From the human T2T-CHM13v2.0 reference genome, Homo sapiens: 64,000 nucleotides of DNA. The position numbers and the translations under genes are program-made. This document shows, in pieces, positions 52,738 through 64,000 of this stretch. The DNA lies in assembly GCF_009914755.1 (NCBI RefSeq), contig NC_060933.1; one strand, given 5' to 3'. The notes beneath the pieces were generated by a model. The model saw only the letters and a list, made by a program, of their open reading frames with translations, did not search any database and was not told the origin of the DNA. The number at the start of each line of letters is the position of its first letter. The first letter of the stretch is position 1.

Positions 52738-53253
52738 TGCGGAGAGACTGAATATACAAACAGGCAATGCTCAGACCGAATGAAAACTCTGACCCACCAT
52801 CTGCAGCAACCAGACCAGGAAACCAACCCGTGACCTATAGGAATCAGCCCAGAAAGCCAGCAACAATCTACACGTCAGACCACTATCTCTGGCAACTGGC
52901 CCAAGAGGCCAAACAATAACCTCTGAAACAACTAGCCCAAAAAGCCCAGGACTTGACTAATAACTGACAACTTCCCTAATTTTTGTCCCCACTCCCAACT
53001 TAGGAGCAGACCAAGAAAGCCAAATATCCTCCTGAGCCAATCTCATAGGATGAGATCTCACTTCTGGTTAGCCCACCTCCAGCTTCCCAGGCCAACAGCC
53101 TCCTACCAGGACACACCTGAAGCTCTCGCTTGTTTCCACTATAAAGCTTTCCCACTCCTCTGCCTGCCTTTGAGTCTCTGCCAAATACAAGCAATGGCAA
53201 GCTCTGAATAAATAGCCTTTGCTTGTTCTCTTTGGGTGGTCTTCATTTCCACA
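52738..53253 (+). mobile_element. ERV1 solo LTR (MER90/MER89-like)
   Basis: aaaactctgacccac..ctgcagcaacca..ccaggaaaccaacc; LTR layout with ccaat, ctataaa, aataaa and a terminal aca. Confidence 0.7.
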
Positions 53254-53705
53254 CCACAAATGGTCATCTTCATCTCAGCTCAGCCAGCACAACATGTTTA
53301 CATCCACAGACCTACTAATTTCAACATTCAAGGTTATTTTTACCATTAATTTAATGTGCTTCATCATAGGTGGAAAATTATAATGGACATTTCTCATTTC
53401 TATGTACCATATATCCCATACATAAACAAAATAATTCCATCAGGCAGCAGTGGTTAGTGAAAAAAAAAGTGGGAACTTAGAAGAAGACATGGGTTCTAGA
53501 CCCAGCTCTGCACCATTTGTGTGTTTCTTGGTCAGTGTCTGACTTTCTGGGCATTTGTTTCCTGTTCTGTGAGATATAGACATTGCAGTTGATAATGACT
53601 AAGGTTCCCTGCAGTTCTAGCCATCTGTGATTTTATAAAGCATAAATCTCTTATCCCAGTACTTCCTCACTACTCTCAAAAATCAGAAAGTTCCTATAAA
53701 CATGA

Positions 53706-53984
53706 TTTTTTTTTTTCGAGACGGAGTCTCGCGGAGTGCAGTGGCGCAATCTCGGCTCACTGCAAGCTCTGCCTCCCAGGTTTACGCCATTCTCCTGCCT
53801 CGGCCTCCTGAGTAGCTGGGACTACAGGCACCCGCCACCACACCCCGCTAATTTTTATGTATTTTTAATAGAGACGGGGTTTCACCGTGTTAGCCAGGAT
53901 GGTCTTGATCTCCTGACCTCGTGATCCGCCCGCCTCGGCCTCCCAAAGTGCTGGGATTACAGGCGTGAGCCACCGCGTCCGGCC
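53706..53984 (-). mobile_element. AluY with about 15-bp deletion
   Basis: Y diagnostics, CpG-rich; TSD tataaacatga(t/a)ttt. Confidence 0.93.
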
Positions 53985-55461
53985 TATAAACATGAATTTT
54001 TAAGGTATCTCCATCCTTCATAGACCAGGTCTTCACTAAGTTCTTTCATTTATATTTTTTTTCCCAAATGTTTCAGAATTGAATAGGGAAATGGATGAAA
54101 ACTTCTGTTTAATCGGTTCTAGAAGTTTACCAGGTACCCACTCTGAAATTCACAGCACTGACTTATTTGGTGGCTACAAAGAGATTGATGACTTGTTTTG
54201 TGCCTTGAGGATATTACACACTAATTGGAGGAATACAAAACCTGCATTTGTAAATCTAACCAAAAAAAAATGCCTATTCCGAAACACGGATCTGGACAAG
54301 AAGTAAAACTGGTGAGTAGAGGAGGGAGAGAAATCACCGAATTACTGTCTTGGGGAAGGTGGAATTTGAGCTGAATCTGGAGGACGGTACTATTTGGACA
54401 GGTGGAGAAGAAAAAGAGAACAGAGGTCATTCGAGGGAGAACAAACGGTGTGAGTCGGGAAAGAATAAGGTGCATTCAGAACACCACAGTAGCCTCATCA
54501 GACTGAGTTCCATGAAGCCAGAGAAGTAAATACAACAGGAATTGTGACTTTAGGTTGAAATGCACAGAGCTGCAAATACCAGGCTGAAAGTTTAACTTTT
54601 CTAATCATTGCTTGGCACTATTTCAGTTTTCCATTCATCCTTCTGTTATTATTTTACTTAAATGTGTGGTAAAACTGACTCATCTTTGGAGCCAAAAGAA
54701 AAAATATAGTGAGTGAGAGGAAGTATTTGACAACGTTTGCCTTTTTTGTGTGTGTGACCCTATTTACCTCTAGTAATGCTTTGTTTTTAATTGTGGTAAA
54801 ATATCCATAACATAAATTTACCATTTCAACAATTTTTAAGTGCACAGTTTAGTGATATTAACCTCATTCACATCTTTTTGTGCAACCATGACCACCAGTC
54901 ATCTCTAGGATTTTTTATCACCTCAAACTGAAACTGTGTCCCCATTTGACACAAGCTCCCGGTTCCCCCGTCCCCAGGCCCTGCTCATCACTGCTCGACT
55001 TTCGGCTGCTGCGAATTTGACTATTCTAGGGACCTCAGGTAGCAGAATCATGAAATATTGAAGCTTTCATGTCCAGCCTGTCTCCTTAGCATGTCTTCCA
55101 GGGTCATCTATGCTGCAGCGTGTGTCAGAATTTCATTCTGTTTTAAGGTTGAATGAAGTTTCATTGTGTGCACATGCTACATTTTGCTCATCTAGTCATC
55201 CACTGATGGACATTTAGGTTGTTTCCCTTTTTGGTTATTGTGAATAATGCTGCTATGGGTGTACAAATATCCATTGGAGTTCCTGCTTTCGATTTTCTGG
55301 AGTATATACCCAGACCCAAAATTGCAGAATCACCATCACAAAGATCCTTATGCTGCCTCTTTATAGCCACACTTGTCTCTCCCCATTTTCCTACCACCAC
55401 CTTAACCCTTGGAAACCACAACTTGTTCTTCATCTCTGTGGTTTTGTCATTGTAAAATTAT

Positions 55462-55750
55462 TGCCAGGTGCAGTGGCCTGCATCTGTAATCTCAGCTACT
55501 TGGAAGGCTGAAGTGGGAGGATCGCTTGAGCTCAGGAGTCTGAGACCAGACTGGGCAACACAGACAGACCCCATCTCTATAAAAATATATTTTTATTTAG
55601 TATAAAATAAAAATAGAGTCTCAGCTATTCAGGAAGCTGAGGCAAGAGGATCCCTTGAGCCCATAGTTTGAAGCTGCAGTGAGGCAAGTGAGGCACGATT
55701 GTGCCACCGCACTCCAGCCTGGGCAACAGACAAGATCCTGTCTCTATATA
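55462..55750 (+). mobile_element. AluJ, diverged
   Basis: Two J-type arms separated by an AT-rich linker. Confidence 0.8.
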
Positions 55751-55765
55751 AAATCAAATCCTGCA

Positions 55766-56065
<300 letters not shown>

Positions 56066-57449
56066 TCATGCAGTATGAAATTTTTGAGGTTGTCTTTTGC
56101 ACTCAGCGTGATTCCTGAGAGATCCATCCCAGTTGCTGTGTGCATTGATGCTGCTTTCTTCTTGCTGAGAAGTAGTCCATGGTGAGGATATTCCACAGTT
56201 TGTTTAACCATTCATTCACTAAACGACATTTGGGTTGCTTACCATTTGGGGTTGTTACAAATAAAGCTAATTTAAACATTCCTATACCTGAGTTTCTGTG
56301 GACATAAATTTTAATTTCTCTGGGATAAATGCCCAGGAGTGCAGTCATTGGGCCATATGGCATGTTTAGTTTTACAAGAAACTGCAAAACAATTTTCCAG
56401 AATGCTTATCCTATTTTACACTCCCACCAGCAACATGAGAGAGATCCACTTTCTCTACATCATCACCAGTAGCTGATACTGCCACCTTTTTCAAATGTTA
56501 GCTTCCCTAATAGGTGAGTAGTGACATCACATTCTGATTTTTTCAGAAGGGTTTATATTTGCTATACATCAGTTCACCTACTTTGCATTTCTTCCTCTTA
56601 GCCCTGCTTTTAATAAAGAAAACTCTTTCCACATTGTCTTCTCTTTCCTCACTTGATTATTCTTCGTGGGAATAAGAGAATTAAAGGAATGTGGAAAAGT
56701 GTTTCTCTTGCATTATATTGTCCTAAGAAGCCTCAGTTATCACTTGCTCTTACCAGTGCTTTGCAGTCACCAGGAATGGTAGAAAGCAGCGGCTGGCCAG
56801 AGGGCTGGCAGAGGCGGGGCTGTTCTTTGTGCTTGTTTATATTCATTTTCTAGTCACAGCTCAAGTTGTTTCACTTTCTGCTGCTCAGGGAGACGAGGGC
56901 AATGTAAATGTGCTTGCTGTTGTTTAAGCCTCCCGGACAGTAAAAACAAAAGCGGCCGCACTGCCTTTCCCTAAATAACATCAGAAACCCCTTTGAGAGC
57001 TCGTTGAACAAGATTTACACATTTTAAAGAGTTTTGAAGTTAGAAGGGGTCCTAGGCGAGGCCCTCGGTACACATTAATGATGTGCCTACTGTGTGCCTT
57101 GCTCCAGCACGGTCACCCAGTGCTGGGTTACAGATCTGCATAGGGATAAGTTGCAGTCCCTCCTTCCCACACTCTGCCAAGTGTTACAGAGAGGTGTGGG
57201 CTAAGTGCTCATGCAGAGATGTGACAAGCCACTGTTGGGGGTCTGGAGGATCCCACAGCTTACTCACTGCTCAGGAACTGAGGAACTCAGCCATCAACTC
57301 ACCCAGAGCCTCTCCAGCCTGCCTGAGGCTGAGAATCATGTGGGGCACCAGAGGAAAATAGAAATTCCCAGATCCCACCCAAAGGACCTGGATCAGAATC
57401 TCTAGAGCAGGGACACAGGAAGCTGTGCTTTAGAGCAAGCTGTTCATAG

Positions 57450-57918
57450 GTGTTATGAACTGAATTGTGTGCCTGTCTCCCCCATTCATATGTTCAAATC
57501 TCCCCCTAGTGTGATGGTATTGGGAGGTGAGGCCTTTGGGTGGTAATTAGGTTTAGAAGGGGGCATGAGGGTGGGGCTCTCATGATGGGATTAGTGCCCT
57601 TATAAGTAAAGACACCAGACACAGGCAACACAGAGATGACCACGTGAGCACAGAGCCAGAAGGCGGCTGTCTGCAAGCCAAGGAGATGGGCCTCGGGAGA
57701 ATTCAAACCTGCTGACACCTTGATCTCAGACTTCCAGCCTCCAGAACCCACATAGTGAGAAGACAGTCATGTGCAAGCCAGGGGGCAGGCCCTCACCAGG
57801 TACCAAATCAGCCAGCACCTTGATCTTGGACTTCCAGCCCCCAGAATTGTGGGAAGTAAATTCCTGTTGTTTAAGCCACCCTGTTATGGCAGCCTGAGCT
57901 AACATATTGACTAATACA
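57450..57918 (+). mobile_element. MLT1A/B-like LTR with an internal repeated block
   Basis: tgttatgaactgaattgtg..attcatatgtt..ggattagtgcccttataag..gttgtttaagccaccc..gactaataca. Confidence 0.85.
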
Positions 57919-58314
57919 ATATGACTCTCAGGATTATCCCAGTTGAGAACTGTGCGTGCAATCCAGCCCTCTCATTACAGGTGAGGGAACTAATACAGCA
58001 AGGTTAAAAACCTCATCCTATGTCCCCACACTAGTTAAAGGCCTTCTCTAACTGCTAGACCAGTTCCCATTACACCCACTCAAAGTAGACAAGTAGTTTT
58101 CATCTGAATGCCAGCTCTGGCTGATGGTGGTGGCTGCCAAGAGGACTGTGTCAGGAAGGATTCTGAGGACAAGTCCAGGCTCAGCTGACCTTAGCACCAT
58201 TGCTAGCCATCAGAACACAAGAAACATTATGTATTGGCAGGGAAGCTGGCACAGAGGATCCAGCTACCCAGGTTGAATAACGTGACAAGTGTCATGAGTG
58301 TCACTCATTGAGGA

Positions 58315-58792
<478 letters not shown>

Positions 58793-60656
58793 CTAGAAAA
58801 TAAGGACAATAATATCAGTGTCTCCCCATGGTGACAAGTGTGTCCTCTGCCTGGCACCTCTGAAAGTTTGCTTCCCCTCTGGCTGCATGTGGAACAAATG
58901 GGACCCTTCAGAGACGTCCTGAGAATACCAGGATGTTTCTTCCAGCCCTCATCTCTCATAACCATTTTTAAAATGCCAGGGCTGTGTATTTTTAGTTGAG
59001 GACATCTGTATTTGCCAGCTCCAAGCCCACCCCTAACCACGTGGCCAGCATTGTGCAACTACTACACATCTTTATGACAAACCCTTCCATTTTCTGTTAA
59101 GTAATGTGTTTGGAAGGCTGAGTGAATCAGAGACAGTAAGCATTTGATTGCTTACATTATTCTGGTTCAAACATGGCTCGCGGCCCGGGACTAATTTATT
59201 TATGTTGGTATGGTACATTTCTGTTTCCCTTGGGAATTTGCCAGCACCCCATCCCCTCTTCCAGCTGCTCTCCCTTGGCCCGCCCACCCCTCTTGCCACT
59301 TTTGTTCCCGGTCTGCCTCTCCTGTGGGTGGAAAGTTTGTGAAGGATGCCCCATCAGCTGCCTCCAAGCCAGAGACTCCCCTCTCCTGCGTGGTTGGCTA
59401 TTTCCCCGCCCACCCACAGCCTCAGGCCCAACAAGGCGGGTGGGACTTCTACCTCCTGGCAAGGTCAGCGTTTCCCACCAGGGGCTCACTTAACCCGGTG
59501 GATGCGGGTCTGGGGTCCTGCCAACGGGGCACTTGAGGAAAAGACAGACAGGGATCAAGACCACCTACCCTTTCTCTGGAGTCACCAGACCTACACACTA
59601 AATCTGCAGCGGGTTTTGCTCGCCATCACCCTGGGAGGTGGGAAGAGCAGCCCCCGACGACGTGAAAGAATCAGTATCCTATTACAGGTCCCCGAGCCAG
59701 GCCCCCATTTGCAAAGGCAGCCTGTTGTGCATATGGGATGGAAAATGCATCCTGGCAAAACACAAAAAGTAAATATTTAAAGGGAAAAAAAGCGCACACA
59801 AGGAAACAAAATGCCTTGCCTTTCTGCTTCCACGGTCCGCCGCCAAGTCACCCCCGCCCTCGCCGGCTGGTGTGGAGTGTGCCATATGGTTTGGGACAGG
59901 GATTAAACCCCTCCGTGGTTGTGAAAAACATCAGTCCATTTGGTCTGGCCTTTCTCTCCCTGCATTTGTTGTTCATTTGCGAGTTTCTCACACCCCTGGG
60001 CCGACTGCCGTCAGTGTTTACAGGTTTTAGATTGCTGGTGGGATGGAAATCACCAGCCACCCAGCGCCTGCAGCGGATGTCTCCAGGAGGAGGCTCACGG
60101 GCCCCTGAGGGGCGCTGCAGAACAGAGCCCGTGACATGCATGACACAGAGGAGCCCACTTTTTAACGCTTCAGTGATAAATATTTCCCCCAAAACTCGGG
60201 GCAAACATAAAGAAGGATTTAGTGTCGACCGTCTCCACCTTGGCCTCCTCCTGCAGTGCTGTCGAAGTGGCGTCCTGAAAGCCGGGGGCCTTGCCCGGAA
60301 CAGGGAGGCTTGGGCTGCGGCCAGGGGAGGCACCAGCAGCTGGAGCACACTAGACCAGAGCCGGCCAGGACAGAGCCTGGCCCGATCTCCCTCGGAGGTA
60401 GAACTGGACCCCCTTCATGCTCAGGCTGAGGAGCAGGGTAATAAGTTGTCATAAGAAATGAATGAAAGTATTTCATGCAAGGCCTGACGCTTCCTCCCCC
60501 CGATTCTGAGATGGCAGCACAGCACCCATGTGTGATCTGGGGAGACAAGCGGAGATGCAAGGGAACGCTTTTCCCACAAAAGAAGCCCCGATAAGCATCT
60601 CCTGTGTGTCCAGATCAGGCTTCCAAGTTTTTCTTCCGTCGCAGTTTCCCACCATC

Positions 60657-60659
<3 letters not shown>

Positions 60660-60689
<30 letters not shown>
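60660..60689. repeat. Poly(T) tract, about 29 nt
   Basis: Uninterrupted T run with no adjacent Alu or L1 body visible. Confidence 0.95.
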
Positions 60690-60692
<3 letters not shown>

Positions 60693-61682
60693 TAGTGACA
60701 TCACTAGAGACGGAGCCACATAGAGAAAATTCCCTTCCCTTCTCATTTCTCACTACGCTGAATCCGAGTCAGACAGGCGCTCTGTTTGATTTGGGCCCTG
60801 TCACTCATTTGGTGGGTTGTGGGAGATTGCTTAGCAGCAGTCACAGGCTCCTTTCTGCTGCGGATCGATGGGTGGGCTAAGGAGCCAATAGATGTGTGTT
60901 CATCTTTGAAGAGAGATGAAGGCACAATACAAAATCATCACATTTATTTTCTGCAGCTTCTAGCCTGGGTTCACAGAGAGGTTGTCACCCTTCTGATTTG
61001 GAAGTTTCCTGATATGGAGGTGGATGAACTATACTTCTTTATTGTAATAAATCATGCCTTGACCTTGAAGCAAAGGGCTTTAGGGACCTTAAGAAGTCAT
61101 TTTTCCCCACCCCATCCCTGACTCCGCCCTCACTTCTGGTCCTTTGAGTACTAACTTTCAGTTTAGACATTTATAGGACCTTTCTATGTGTCACAATATT
61201 TCTAGAGTGATTAACACATACCACGGTTGTGCATGAGCCCAGAAGTGACTGTTCACAGCTGCACCCTTGAATGCATCCGAGGAGAGGCATGACCTCTACC
61301 CTATCCCATCACCATGAGCCAACCCCACAAACATGGCTACATAGGAACGGGACAATGTACCCCAAAATAAAGGAAGCCCCGGAGTGAGTATGAGGGATAA
61401 TGAAGGAGAACTCACAAGAAATGCCCCAGGGCAGAGAGGGAAGCCCCACATTCATCACAGCTGGGAAGCAATGACCTCCCTGATGTCACAAGGGTCAAAC
61501 AATCTTCACTGCAATACATATCAAATAGAAATGAAGCACTAAGTTTTTAGAAGTACTAACATTATTTTTAAAGCTATGAGTTCTTCTCAGAGTAGTTTTG
61601 ACAAACCTCATAGGTTTTGATATGACGTGTTTTTCTTTTCCTTAATTTCTAGATAATTTATCATTTCAAATTTGCCTTTTTA

Positions 61683-62174
<492 letters not shown>

Positions 62175-62179
62175 TTCTC

Positions 62180-62938
<759 letters not shown>

Positions 62939-63062
62939 CTGTCTTGCTTTAAAAGGCTTCCCCTCCTAGAGGTTAAACAATATCTTAAATCCCTGATTAG
63001 AATTGGTCTAATCAAGTGTCACTTTAGAAAGTTTTATATTATGACATTGTCTTTCTCTATAG

Positions 63063-63274
63063 CAAGGTCAGCAAACTATGACCCATGAGCCAACTCTAGC
63101 CCATCACCAGTTTTCACAAAGTTTTATTGCAACACAGCACACTCATTCATTTACATATTGTCAATGGCTGCTTCTGCCTGGCAGAGCTGAGTAGTTGTCA
63201 TAGAGACCCTATGGCTTGTATAGCTTAAAATAGTTTTCATCTGGCTCTTTACAGAACAATTCAGCCAACCTTTG
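63063..63274 (-). mobile_element. MER58A (hAT-Charlie MITE)
   Basis: ggtcagcaaactatg..aaagttttattg.aacacagc..catttacatattgtc.atggctgctt..gcagagctgagtagttg. Confidence 0.85.
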
Positions 63275-63364
63275 CTATGTGCAAGGTTATGAATGTCTCC
63301 AAGGTCTTTTGACTGTCTCTTTATTTCTTTACATCTTATTTTAGCTCTTTCAAGAATGTTTTTA

Positions 63365-63495
63365 TCATTTTTCCTCATTTTAAAAGGAGGATAATGATAG
63401 TACCTATCTTATTGTTGAAAGATTAGTTAAGATAATTACCATAAAATGCCTAGCACAGTGCCCTGGTTCTCAAAAATAACAGCCATTGTTTTATG
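63365..63495 (+). mobile_element. MIR
   Basis: tttcctcatttt.aaa..ggataatgatagtaccta..gcctagcacagtgcc. Confidence 0.65.
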
Positions 63496-64000
63496 CTGGG
63501 ACAAAGAGGTGCAATAGACAATAAGACATAATTCTTGTTATGCTGAATGTCTTAATCACTGTAGATTTTCTTTATTTTTAAATCATCAGCTGGCTTATTA
63601 GAATTACTTTTCTGGATTATAAATTGTATACATTCTAGAGATTTTGGAACATTTGTTCTAGAGATTTTGGAAAAGAAATAAAGTAGGAAAATTACAACTA
63701 AAACTAAAATCTCCCCCGATTCCTCCACCCAGAGAAACCAGTGCTACTATGTTGATGTATATGTAGTGTGGTTTGTTTCAGGAGGCATGTATGCATACAT
63801 GCGATGTGTGTTAACAGCTCCATAGTATTTGGGTACCAGAGACATCACGTTTCTTCTTCTAAATCATATCTAAACCTGGCTGAGCCTGACAAGGCCCGTG
63901 TCAGCTATTCTGCGGCTCCATCCTATGCCTTCTATTGGATCCATTCAGAACCCTGGGCTATCGTGCTTCTGGGGAAAGGGGCTGACATGGTCCCTGCTGC

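Noticed and set aside
60660-60689. Poly(T) as the tail of a - strand processed pseudogene
   Set aside because: No TSD, no polyadenylation signal at the expected distance and no recognisable mRNA body next to it.

Overview
Primate (very probably human) non-coding genomic DNA, intergenic or deep intronic. No protein-coding exon is recognisable. The listed ORFs are short, overlap in all frames, and many are translations of Alu, L1, LTR or simple repeats. Roughly half the window is interspersed repeat: about 26 Alu/FLAM/FRAM copies (AluJ to AluY, many with readable TSDs), old L1M/L1PA/HAL1 pieces, MaLR solo LTRs (THE1, MST, MLT1), ERV1-class solo LTRs (MER41A, MER31, MER90-like), DNA-transposon MITEs (MER2, MER58A, MER33, Tigger2a, Tigger4b, MER5) and MIR/L2. 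The one small-RNA-derived feature is a full-length Y4 RNA retrocopy (22432-22525, - strand). It has no poly(A) tail and sits at the point where an old L1 jumps from ORF2 to a 3' end. About 2.5 kb away, an opposite-strand, tail-less internal L1 ORF2 fragment is flanked by a 14-bp duplication. Other oddities are a near-perfect 3 x 59-bp repeat, two degenerate minisatellites, a (GAT)n tract with higher-order periodicity, two hAT elements stacked in one TCTAGA target, a head-to-head Alu pair 37 bp apart, and a few motif-dense unique segments that may be enhancers or promoters. Repeat family calls are from recalled consensus sequences, not a database search. I found no convincing novel biological system; the findings are mostly unusual retrotransposition or rearrangement footprints and regulatory candidates.
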